64,000 bases of DNA. Origin: Octopus vulgaris (taxonomy: Eukaryota). A program made the translations under genes and the position numbers. Under the pieces are notes generated by a model that worked only from the letters and a program-made list of their open reading frames with translations, searched no databases and was not told the DNA's origin. Each line of letters begins with the position of its first letter. Within the stretch, counting starts at the first letter, position 1. The stretch lies in NCBI GenBank assembly GCA_951406725.2, contig OX597821.1, forward strand, positions 744,001 through 808,000, in the 5' to 3' direction. Positions 27,718 to 41,198 of the stretch are shown here, one piece after another.

Positions 27718-27765
<48 letters not shown>

Positions 27766-28118
27766 GGGTCTGTGTTTGTCCCTCTACCATTGCTTGACAC
27801 CAATGTTGGTAGGTTCACGTAACTGTAACCTAGCGGTTCAACCACACAGCCACTCTTGTGCATATCTATTTATGATCTTTTACTTGTTTCTGATTTGGAT
27901 TCCTGCCATGCTGGGGCATTGCCTTGAACGATTTAGTTAAATCGATCACCATACTTATCTTTATGCCTGGTTCTTACTCTATCAAATGTTTTTCCTGAGC
28001 TGCTAAGTTAAAAGGATGTAAACAAACCAGCATCAGTTATGAAGTGATGGTGGGAGGGTCAATCCTAAACACAAAGACACACACGTACACACATGTGCAT
28101 GCACATGCACACATGCAT

Positions 28119-28167
<49 letters not shown>

Positions 28168-28489
28168 ACAGGCTTCCACATAGTTTCCAGTCTCTCAGAT
28201 CCACTCACAAGGTAGTGATCAGCCCGGAGCAATAAATAGTTAAAGATACTTGTGGCCAAGGTGCCATACAGTGGTACTGAACCAGACACTACATGGTTGT
28301 AGAGCGAACTTCTTAACCACACGGCCATACCTTCACCTATAATACCAAAAGATAGATCATACCATCTGCCCATACCATCTGCCCATATTAGTATTTACCA
28401 TTGTAGCACCCATTTCCCCCACGCTAGTATGGATTGGACCGGTCTGCTTTCCACTGTCTTCACTGCTTTCTCATCTCTTTGATTCTAAG

Positions 28490-29365
28490 TTGTGGTGGTC
28501 AGGGGTGGAGGTGATGGTTGTGGTGGTAGTTATGATGATTGTAGAGATGGTGTAGGTGAAGGTAATGGTGATAGTAGTGGTAGGGGTGGTGATGGTGATG
28601 ATGGTGATGGCTATAGTTGTGGTGGTGGCGGTGATGGTGATGATAGCATTGATGATGGAGATGATGACGGTAGTGGTGATGATGGTGGTGGTAGCAATGA
28701 TGATGGTGATATTAGCTTTGATGGAGATGATGATGATGATGATGATGATAGTGGTGGTGGTAGTGGTGGTAGGGATGGTGGTGATGATGATGGCGACGAT
28801 GACGATGATGATGGTGGTGATGGCGATGATGATGATGATAATGCTGATGATGGTGGTGGCCATGATGTTGATGGGGATAGTTGCAGTGCTAGTAATAGTA
28901 GCGTTTATAGCTGTAGCAGTAGTAGTGTCAGTGGTGATAATAATGTCAAGTGTAGCAGTAGTAGTAGTAGTAGTAGTAGTAATAGCAGCACAGTGGTATA
29001 GTATTGGCAGTAGTGGTAATGATTGTATTTAAAGTTGTAGTGGTACAGGTGGTAGCGGTGGTGACTGCAGTGTTTACAGCTAATGTAGTATTGGCGGTAG
29101 TAGCAGAAATAGTCTTCACAGCTATCCTAGTGTTGGTAATAGTATTGGTGGTAGTGGTGGTGGTGGTAGCTTTTATTAGCTTTGGTGGTAGTGGTGGTTA
29201 TTATATTCATAGTTATAGTGGTAGCGATGGTAGTGATGCTGATGATTTTTACAAGCTTGGTAGCAGGGGTGGCGTTGATAGCCGAGGCGGTGGTAGCATC
29301 TTTAGTGAATGATAGCGATGGCAGTGGCGCTGGTGGTAGTGATGACGGTGGTGGTGGTTGCAGTT
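28490..29365. repeat. GGT/GAT/AGT trinucleotide low-complexity tract
   Basis: Direct reading. Confidence 0.9.
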
Positions 29366-29611
29366 GTTATGTAGCTGCATGTTACAGTTTGGTATTAACC
29401 CGCTCCCCTCCTTCCTCCCCCTCCTCCTCATCGCCCCCACCACCACCACCACCTCCCCACGAAATCAATAAAGAAAACAGACAGTTTAATAGGTCACAGT
29501 ATTAGGAACTGCCGAATTGGACCAAACTGAAACACTTCAGAATTCTTTGCGTCTGCGAGTGTCTATATATTTATATGAATGAATGAGCATGCGATTGTAT
29601 GTTTGTCTGAG

Positions 29612-29643
<32 letters not shown>

Positions 29644-29830
29644 GTATATATACATATTTCTATAGGTTTAAATATATATATATATATATATATATTCATA
29701 AGTATGTGTATGTGTGTATTGTTGAAAGGGTATGTTTTATACTATATTAGCTTTCTATGTGTATTTGTGTCAGAGTATATATATATATTTATATTTATTC
29801 ATATATTCATACAAGCATGTCTATGTCTGA

Positions 29831-29867
<37 letters not shown>

Positions 29868-30682
29868 TATTTATAAGTATGTGAATATAGTTCAAAGGGT
29901 ATGTTTCTTACATACAAGTCTGTATGTGTGTGTCTGGGTATGTGTTTATATGAGTATGTATGTGTCTGAAAATCTCTCTCATATTTGTATGTTTATATCT
30001 TTTACTGGTTTCAGTCATTGGACTGCAGCCATGGTAGGGTACTGACTTGAAGAATTACCCTAGGAATTATTTCTTCAAAAGCTTGGTACTTATTCTATCA
30101 ATCTCTTTTGCCAAACAGCTAAGTTACAGGGACATAAACGCACCAACGCCAGTTGTCAATTGGTGGTGGAAAACAAACACAGACTCAAAGACACATAGAC
30201 ATGCATACACCCCCACACACACACACGGCAGGTTTCTTTCAGTTTCCATCTACCAAACCCATTCCCAAGGCTTTGGTCAACCCAAGGCCACGGAAGAAGA
30301 TACTTGCCTCTACAGGGACTGAACCCTGAAACTTGTGGTTGGGAAGCAAAGCTCTTACCACTTATCCATGCCTGTTTGTGTATATGATCAAAAGGGTGTG
30401 AATGTGTGCATAACAAAAATCTGTGTGTGTGTGTGTGTGTAGGCATAGCCGTGGATTAGAAGTTTGTTTGTCAACTACATGGTTTCCGGTTCAGTCCCAC
30501 TGCATGTCACCTTGGGCAAGTTACTTCTACTATTACTGTAGGTTGACCAAAAGCACTGTAAGTGAATTTGGCAGATGGAAACTGAAAGAAGCCTGTTGTA
30601 CGTGAGGATGTGTGTTTGTGTGTTTCTGGTCTCGATCTTGTGTGATATCACCTTCATATTAACTGTAGCAGTATAGCTGTCA

Positions 30683-30992
30683 TTGTAGGTGGCACAGTGT
30701 AATTGTTGCTGTAGGTGGCACAGCGTAGTTGTCATTTTAGGTGGCACAATGTAGCTAATGCAGGTGGCACAATGTAGTTATTGTAGGTGGCACAATGTAG
30801 CTAATGTAGGTGGCACAATGTAGCTAATGTAGGTGGCACAATGTAGTTATTGTAGGTGGCACAATGTAGTTATTGTAGGTGGCACAATGTAGTTATTGTA
30901 GGTGGCACAATGTAGTTATTGTAGGTGGCACAATGTAGTTATTGTAGGTGGCACAATGTAGCTAATGTAGGTGGCACAATGTAGTTATTGTT
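30683..30992. repeat. 23-bp minisatellite, about 13 copies
   Basis: Units tgtaggtggcacaatgtagttat and tgtaggtggcacaatgtagctaa; more diverged at the 5' end. Confidence 0.95.
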
Positions 30993-32342
30993 GTTTACTT
31001 TTCATTGCTCTTCTTGGTAACCTTGATTTTAAAAATTTCATTGTTGGTTCTACTATCACTATTACTACAGCTACTGCTACGACAGCCACTACTACCATTG
31101 ACTGACTATACTTTGATTGTTCTTCTCTGCAGTTATCATCATCAATATTATTCATCAATATCAGCATCACTTCGAACAAAAACAAACAACAAAATACAAG
31201 AAGAATACCAGAAAACCTTGATTAAACACACACACACAAAGATACTTGACATACATAAACACAGAGAAATACACACACACACACACATAAATGCATATAA
31301 ACACATCTATTTCAACATACACAATCTTATATACATAGACACACAAATATATTGTATACATACACACAAATAGATACACATATACATTGGCACACACATA
31401 TGCAAATACATATATATACACAGACAGACAAACAGATAGACATTGATTTCTGAGAAAAATATGTGTGAGTTATAAAAGCAGTGGAGGTGGGAAAGGGGAA
31501 CAAGATGTCTTGTTATTGCTTCAATAGAGTTTAAGGAAATACCTAGATTTGACAGAAATATTGGATGTGGTCAAGGAATATTGATCTAATTAAAAGGAGG
31601 CTCTACCTGTTAATTAAAAGAGATATTTCACTCAGTATTAAGTTAAAAGTTACTGAATGAAAACAAAATAAACTACCTCCCCCATCTTATGAGTAAGTCA
31701 TCATCATCATCATCATAATCATTTAGTGTCTGCTTTCAATGCTGGCATGGGTTAGTCAGTTTGCCTGGAACTGGTACACCAGAGAGCTGTACCAGGTTCC
31801 AGTCTGATTTGGCCTGGTTTCTATGGCTGGATGCTCTTCCTAATGCCAAAATTGTATGTGTGTATATATATATATATATATTAATAATAATATGATAACA
31901 AATGAATGAATGAGACCTCAATATTATGTAAAATAGAAGAATTTATCTATAAAATATAATATGTGACAATTAGTTGGTTGTCACATATTATGTATTATAG
32001 CAGCGACTCCACTTCAGAATATCTGAAGAAGGAATATTATTCCGAAAGATCAGATCAGACTATGGATGACTAAATTACAACAGGTATACACAGACCATTG
32101 TCTGTATTATAGTGCATTGTTGTACCATTCAAAACTTTTTATTCTTTGCAAACAATACACAATGCTTCAAGCAAACTACAATACTCTCATACATATATAT
32201 ATATATATATATATACATTGCTTTATATCAATTGAATGAGAAAGGAATGCTCAATATAAGTTGTACTGGATATGTTTTTTTAATTGAAAGTGAAGCTGAG
32301 AGTGTCTCACTAGAGATATGATAATGGGTACACAGGATGGAG

Positions 32343-32373
<31 letters not shown>

Positions 32374-33227
32374 ACACATATATCTAAACACATGTACACA
32401 CACATACACATATGTATATATATGAAGGCAATGATCATAAGAAGGAAGAAGGCAACAAAAGGTGGATGTTCTGATGTTTTGGACATTAGTCCCTATTCAT
32501 TCTCCTCCTGTACTTTTCTTGTCTGTCATTTTTGAATGAGAATAATTGGTTGAAGAAAGAAAGAAATAGACAAAGAGGTTAAAAAGGAAGAAAAATGTGA
32601 TGAGAAAAGAGGAGAGAAAAGAGAGAAGCGGAGAAAAATTGCAAAAGATGAAACAGGCAAGATGGTCACAGGAGATTAGATGCTGTGCAGGGAGCAATGA
32701 CTAAGAGACAAAATGAGAGGCCTGCATAGCTATTAAAAAATATATTATGAAGGTAAAAATGATGATGACACAAGAGGCCACCACTAAGAGCCAAAACTTC
32801 TATAGTAACCATTATAACCATTATAACCAATACCAGTTACCATTGCCACCAATATTAACTAGAATAACTACCAATGCTAAAAGCAACAGAGAGGTGGCAA
32901 GCTTGCAGAACCGTTAGCATGCTTGGCAAAATGCTTAGCGGCATTTCGATTGTCTTTACATTCTGTGTTCAAATTTTGCTGAGGTTGACTTTGCTTTTCA
33001 TCCTTTCGGAGTCAATAATAAAATAAGTATCAGATGGGCACTGGAGTTGATGGGATCAACTTAGTCCTTCCCCCCGAAATTGCTGGCCTTGTGCCAAAAT
33101 TTGAAACCAATACTAAAAGCAGCATCCAACACCAGTACTAACTACCCCAACCATCACTAATACTATTATAACCACTGCGTTGCTGGGTACCTATGCATGA
33201 ATTAATAGTATTCTTCATATATGTGGT

Positions 33228-33274
<47 letters not shown>

Positions 33275-34859
33275 CACATATACAACAGGCTTCTTTCAGT
33301 TTTCATCTACCAAATCCACTCACAAGACTTTGGTCGGCCCGAGGCTATAATAGAAGACATTTGCCCAAGGTGCCACACAGCTGGATTGAACTCGGAACCA
33401 TGTGGTTCGTAAGCAAGCTACTTACCACACAGCTACTCCTATGCCTATTCATGACTTTTTGGATAAGTGATTATTGTCAAAGATATTTTAAGGGTCAGGG
33501 TTTATCATTAGAGTTGATTTAGTACTAAACAAACTGAATGAGTGATCTCTACTGGGTTAAGATGCAAGTCCACTGCAGCAGCCAGCTTACCACTTCCTAA
33601 CTAAACACTCTCTGTAATTCTTGACCATCTAGTAGTACAATACCATTATTCAATCATCATCATCATCATCATCGTCGTTTAACGTCTGCTTTCCAGTTTG
33701 GCATGGGCTGGATGGTTTGACTGAGGACTGGCAAGCCAGAAGGCTGCACCAGGCTCCAATCTGGCAATGCTTCTACAGCTTGATGCCCTTCCTAACGCCA
33801 ACCACTCCAAGAGTGTAGTACGTGCTTTTTATGTGCCACCAGCACAGGAGCCAGTCAGATGGTCCTGACATCGACCACACTTGAATGGTGCTTTTTATGT
33901 TCCACCGGCACGAGAGCCAGTCAGGCAGGACTGGCATCAGCCACAACAATGACTTCACTTAACAGGTCTTGACTAATTCTTATTTCTTTAGTGCCCACAA
34001 GGGGCTACACACAGAGGGGACAAACAAGGACAGACAAACAGATTAAGTCGATTATATCGACCCCAGTGTGTAACTGGTACTTATTTAATTGACCCTGAAA
34101 GGATGAAAGGCAAAGTCGGCCTTGGTGGAATTTGAACTCAGAATGTATAGCTGCAAATGATGATGATGATGGTGGTGATGATGATGATGATGGTGGTGAT
34201 GAAGATGATGGTGATGATGATGATGATTGTGATGATGGTGGAGGTGATGGTGGTGGTGGTGGTGGTGGTGGTGATTTCTTTCTTAAGAAATCAATAGGAA
34301 AGCATGAGATGAATATGTGATAATCTAAGTAAAAATAAAGTGATGGTGAGGCAGACAGTGAAACCCAGTTGATGACTTTGTTCTAGAACCTTCCATTCAA
34401 TTGCAGAAAATACAGAGAAAATGTAATTATGGTGACTATACGTTTTCACATATTCGCCTCTGTAATATAATGTGTCCTAGTGAAACATGTATTTCTATAT
34501 ACACACTTTTGACTCTCTACATACATGTACTCTGTGTATGTGCGACGTTCATACACAAAATTGCATCTATTACCAAGACTATATATTACATATACACACA
34601 CATATATATGTGCGTGTATGCATTTGTGTGTCTAAGGTATACATACATATCAACATACAGTATTTATGTATATGTGTGTGTGTTGGTATGTGCGAATAGT
34701 AAGTCAGAGCGGTTATATGAGTGAGTATTAGATATGACAAAAGGACAAGTCAGCACTACAAATGCATTAAATGGATAGGCACACACACACACACACACAC
34801 ATATTTATATACACACACACACACACACGTATATATAAATACATATCACATAAATACTT

Positions 34860-34959
34860 ATATCTATCTATCTATACATATATACACATATACATAAAAA
34901 CATATATACATACATAAATATATATATATTTATATATATACATAAATACATACATTATA

Positions 34960-34999
<40 letters not shown>

Positions 35000-35017
35000 T
35001 AAATACATACATTATAC

Positions 35018-35050
<33 letters not shown>

Positions 35051-35067
35051 AATACATACATTATACT

Positions 35068-35099
<32 letters not shown>

Positions 35100-35210
35100 T
35101 AAATACATACATTATACTTACATACACACACACACATAAACACATATACATGAATATATATACATGTGCATACACACATACATATTTATATGCACACACA
35201 CACACACATA
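34860..35210. repeat. Compound microsatellite with repeated unit acacataaatacatacattatact(ta)n, four copies
   Basis: Direct reading. A similar compound array lies at 15-240. Confidence 0.85.
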
Positions 35211-36190
35211 TTGTGTGTGTAGGGGGGTGTTTGTTGCTCTGCGTGGCTGTGCAAGTGATGCATTGACTGTTGATGTACCAGCAAATAGATGCACTATTTG
35301 GTACCAAAAGTCTGAAGAGACAGTTGCAGTGTGTGGTGCAGCTGTCTTTGAATTCAGAACCATCAAAGATGGGCAATTTGCCAGTAAAACAACTTCCAAC
35401 CAACTGTTTGTACTGTTCACTCTATATACACCAAATTTCATTATTTCTTCACGGCTGTGTGTATATGTAGAATGAATTTGTGTGTGTATATAGTGGTGTA
35501 TATGAAAAAGAGTCAAAAGCATTACTGTGTATGTATTTGAACAAATGAATAACAGAGATCTTGGGTAGAAGATGCTGTGCTTAAGTGTGTATGTGTGTGT
35601 GTAGATCTACGACTGATGGCAGCTGCAGTGGTGTTGGCGGTAGTAGGATGATGGTGTTGATGGTGATGATGATGATGAGTGTTCTTGTAATGTATATGAA
35701 AAGGTGAATGATTGTGTGTGTGAAAGACTAGAGAAAGCATTTGTTTTCAAGTGCATAAGAATTTGGGTGTATATATGTGTGAGAGAATTTCTGTGTGTGT
35801 GTGTGTGTGTGTTTGCTAGAGCTAATATTGCATGTGTGAGTGTATGTTTGCATAGAAATTCCTATTGCTGTGTGAACATGCTTTTGCGTGTGTACACACA
35901 TGCACACACCATCATCATCACTATCATCATTTAACACATGCTTTCCATGCTGGCATGGGTTGGACGGTTTGTCTTGAACTGGCAAGGCCAGAGCCTGCAC
36001 TGGGTTCCTTAGTCTGTTTTGGATTGGTTTCTACAGCTATATGCCCTTCCTAACACCAACCACTTTACAAAGTATACCAGGGGCTTTTACATGGCACCAA
36101 CACAAAGGCATAGCACCTTGGTTTTTGGGTATCTTTGCACACACACATACACACGTGTGTGTGTGTGTATATATGCATATACCTACAGGT

Positions 36191-36240
<50 letters not shown>

Positions 36241-36272
36241 TATATGCCTGTGTATGTAAATATTTATGTGTG

Positions 36273-36327
<55 letters not shown>

Positions 36328-36819
36328 CAGAAAGGCACACAAGGTGCATACCTGCTATAAAGAGGAGTTAGAACCCACCTATATTATTGTTGTTGTTATT
36401 ATCAACAATTTGTATTTACTGCAGATAATAATAACAATAATAATGTCTATATAAATATTTACTCCTTATATGGAAATGGATGCATGCCATTCAGTTAAAT
36501 AATAATATAAATAATATATAAGCATATCTGTGCATGGGAACAAATGAGTGTCAATACACAAGCAACAAGAGGAAAAAATGGAAAAGAGGACAAGTAACAC
36601 AAAGAATGACCCTTCATCAGTTGTCGGCCGTCTGTCTCCTCTCCATTTTTTCTCTCGTTGCATATTTAACTCCTTCGTTTTCGTATTTCACATTTACTGG
36701 TAGAAGACACTTGTCCAAGGTGCCACACAGTGGGACTGAACCCAGAACCATGTGCTTGGTAAGCAAGCTACTTATCACACAGCCACTCCTGTGCATATAT
36801 ATATATTTATATAAGCCTA

Positions 36820-36859
<40 letters not shown>

Positions 36860-39800
36860 TGGAAGTATATATATATATATATATATATATAAATTACATG
36901 CATATATGTGTACAGAACATCACCAACGTTGCAAATAATATATGTAATACATAAACAAATGAGGGAAAATGAGTGAAATATGTAAACACCCAGAAAAAAT
37001 GGAAAACAGGACAAGTAAACAGAGAAAGTAGCCTTCATCTGTTGTCGGCTGCCTGTCTACTCCTCATTTCGAGCATTCAATGACATTGTGTGTGTGTGTA
37101 TGTATGCAAAACATAATTGATGCATAAATGTAATTCTTTTCCTAAATATTCACTTCATTTCCGAGGCTCTGATGAAGTTATAAAGTGTTACTCAGGCATT
37201 CAACTATGAGTCCATTGCATCTTATCACAGAAACAACTGTAAGCTACTGAAGCTCATAAGATAATCGTTTATTTCATAGTCATCTCTCTTTCTTATGCAC
37301 AAATAATATATAGGCAGAAAAGTATGCATTTGTATAGGTAAAGATACATGTATACATACATATATAAATATATGTATATATATAGAGATATATGTATATA
37401 TGTGTGTGTGTGTGTATGTATGTGCGTATAGTACCCCTATTCTGTCGAGTGGCTCTGCATTCATTACAATATGTATATGTGTGTGAGCGTTAATGTGCAT
37501 TTGAATACGATATCAAATTTTCCTATTAATACTAAAATAATTAAAGTACACAGCACACATATTTATAGCAGAGCAAGTGTATAGAGTGCAATGGCTTTGG
37601 CTGTCATAATGGTTGTGGTTCCAATTATCTAAAGAACCAGAGATCTAACGAACCAACTGGTTAATGGGGTCAGTGTGGTAATTAGTCTAGCTGTTCTATA
37701 TATTGAATCAGTGTTGTTTTTGTTGCTATTGTTATTGAAGGCCATTCAGCTTTGAGTAGCAGGAATATTGTGGCTCAACAAAATAAACCCCCTTGCTTAA
37801 TGTTTCTGAAGCTGTCTCATCTTTATTGAGTAGGGGTAAGATGGCTGAATGGATAAGGTGTTGGGCTAACTGCTTATAGAATGGGGGGTTCGAATCCTCT
37901 GTAGGTGAATTATTGTGTTTTTATCATGTTTCTGGGTCAAAGTATTTTATACTCTAAACTGCATCAGTTCTTTTGGCTGTTGGTTAAAACAGGCATCAGA
38001 TCAGTTGAGAATGTTCAGTTTAAAGTGGAGGGAAAGTTAACTAAGAATAAGAATTACTCTAAAGAGCAACCCAGTTCATGCCTATGTGGAACAGTGATAT
38101 AAAATGATGATGAAGACAGAAATTTGTAACCTAAAAGGTGCTGAATTCAAATCATAAGAAAGATAAATGGATGATGGGTTAAAAAAAAATATGTAGTCAT
38201 TCTTATCTTTGTAGGAAAAAATTTAGTGTCATAAAAATTCATATTTGGGTGATTTTTTTTTATTAGAGTATGTTAATTTTATAGCCTGCTCATTAATTTA
38301 TATGAGAATATGAACATATTTCTCACAGGAATCAATAACGAAGCTTCTATGCAGTTACCATATCTGTTAGAAATGGCCAAATTCATTTGAATCACATAGC
38401 ACCATCTTTACTAGAGATGGTGTGTGTGTGTGTGTGTGTGTGCAAGAATTTCAGACTTTTATTTGCATGTTTAGCAGTTTTAGTTGCTAAACTGCGAGTT
38501 GTATAATGACTGTTACCTTACTGAAATTTCCATTGATTTCACAACAGGATGAAGTGCATAACAGACTATGGTTATAAAACTCTCATTATTGTATGTTGTG
38601 CACCATTTTGTCATCTATACTAGCTGTGTACATACTTGAAAGGTACTAACTTCTTATACCAAGATCTTTCAGATTGTTTCCCAACCACATGGTTCTGGGT
38701 TCAGTCCCACTGTGTGGCATCTTGGGCAAGTATCTTCTATTATAACCTTGTGAGTGGATTTGATAGACAGAAACTGAGAGAAGCTTACTGAGTGTATATG
38801 TGTGTGTGTGTGATAGTCCCCCCTCCATCACCACTTGACAATCAGTGTTGGTGTGTTTACATTCTCATAACTTAGCAATTTGGCAAAAAAGACCAAAAGA
38901 ATAAGTACTAGGCTTGATTTGTTTCACTAAAACCCTTCAAGGCTGTGCTCCAGCATGACCACTGTTAAATGACTGAAAAGAGTAAAAGAATATATGTGTG
39001 TGTGTGTGTGTGTGTGGTTTGTGATGTTGTCCTTGGTGATGTTGTCCTTGATATGTGTGTGTGTGGTTTGTGATGTTGTCCTTGATAGACAAGAAGAGAG
39101 GATGTTGATGGCTGGAGTGCCCTTGATTACTGGTCTACTTTGATATGAGCTGATACGAAACTAAATAACAATAACACTCACTCACTCCCTTTTTCTCTCT
39201 CTCTCTCTCTTACCAATACTGAAACACACATGCACAGATACAAATACCGACACACAGCGGAACTGAACCAGGAACTACGTGTTTAGGAGCCAAACTTCTT
39301 AACTTTGCAGAATTGATAAATTTATATCTAAAAGATCTTCCAGGATTTTAAAAAATTTACTGATGTTGACTAATTTTCAACTTAGAAGAAATTTCAGGCA
39401 ACCTAATACAGTCTTTAGAAACTGAATTCTTAGCTGTAAATACTTTTACAAAATAAATTATCAATTTCGAAAGACATAAATTATTTAATGGGCAATTTAT
39501 GGATTTAAAACAATTGCATGAATAGGAAAAACTGGATCTGGATAACTATTCAAGATTTTTACTAGTTATTATTTCTGTAGCAACAATACGTATACAACCG
39601 ATACTTAATTTAATATTATCCCTATTAAAAATGTTATAATACTAGATTTTTTTTGAAGAAAACATTTAAGTTAAAGCAGATAAAGAAATGCATTGTATTC
39701 TCATTGTGAAGTTTCAGTTTAAAATAAATTTTATTACACTACTCTAGATCATTGTATTGAGTTCTTTTTTCTTTGGTTTATTTTGGTTTACACTGTATGT

Positions 39801-41167
39801 TCTTCCTTCTTTCTTTCCTTCCTTCCCCCCTCTCTCTCTCTCTCTTTATATGTATGTGTATACATGAATATATGGGTGAGTAGATGTATGAGAAATACTT
39901 AGAAACAGCCTTGCAGCTACTAAATATCACACACCACATGCATACATACATACATACATGCATACATACATACACACACACACACACATACATACATACA
40001 TACATACATACATACATACATACATACATACATACACACACACACACTGTTACATGCATATACAATTACATACATACATACATGATTACATACATACACC
40101 ACATACATACATAGCCACATACACAATTATAGACATACATACATTACACTTTTTCCCAAAAAGCACATTTACAATGCATTACCTCACACCCATAGTGTTT
40201 TGTTAAAGACAACAACAACAGCAACAGCAACAACAACATGCTGAGCCTTTATACAACCAATGCAGCAGTACATGTATTCAATATTATGTACCAACCAATG
40301 AACACTGGTAGCTAAATATCGTCAAATACAGTTTGATTCCCTTTAAATTTTCAGTTGTTTAGTTTCAGTTTCATTTTATGCAATTGACCCCTAAGAACAT
40401 TTACGAGACAGCAGGGGTGAGGGGCACATTTTAAATGCCATTGTTAAAGAATACAATTACCTTATTTCTCTCTCTCACACTTTCACTCTTTTACTCCTCT
40501 CTCTCTTACTTTCACTTTCAACCTCTTCTGCCTCCCTCTCTCTCTCTCTCAATTCTTCTTCTAGAGCACAAGAGTTGTATCCAAGCGTTCCCTTTTATAC
40601 TGAATTTTCCACTTCTATCGATAGAGTTAGAGGCTAAACTTTCAAATGCTACAAGAAACCTATTGTCAGGAAGACTTAACAATGGCAATTCCCCACAAAC
40701 TGCCATTTACCATTCATTGTAAAGAGTGATAATAGCTTCCTTTTCAAACAATTTGTTACATTATTCTTTGTCGTAGCTGTTGTGGCAATGGTGGCAGTGG
40801 TAGTGGTGGTGGTGGTGGCGACGGTGGAGGAGTCGAGGGTGGGAGTGAAGAATGTAGTGTGTTGGAGTTAAGTGAGCTTCATTGGAAGCATATTTACCAA
40901 TATCAGCAAACACCACCACCACCACCACCACCACCACCACTGCTGCTATCTCTACCATTATCCCCACCCACCCACCATCACCTCTAGCACTTTGTTCCAT
41001 ATCACTTTCGCTCCTCCATCTCACCTTGTCTTAGATTTCTAAACATTGGCCATGGGATGGGAAAATTATCGCCTACCAATGCCAACTTTGCTGAAATTCC
41101 ACACAGAATTCAAACTACTTTATGTGACATGTGTATAATGTATATCACTGATGAGGTGCTGTGCTTC

Positions 41168-41198
<31 letters not shown>

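Noticed and set aside
30683-30992. CRISPR-like regular array (also 49345-49632)
   Set aside because: No unique spacers, no cas genes, and a eukaryotic context.
34930-35522. Overlapping 100-157 aa ORFs with a non-repetitive core
   Set aside because: No recognisable domain; their length is inflated by flanking microsatellites.
36540-37080. Two related segments with ctgatgaagg/cagatgaagg on the minus strand
   Set aside because: No downstream GAAA or stem III. Probably dispersed repeat remnants, not callable as ribozymes.
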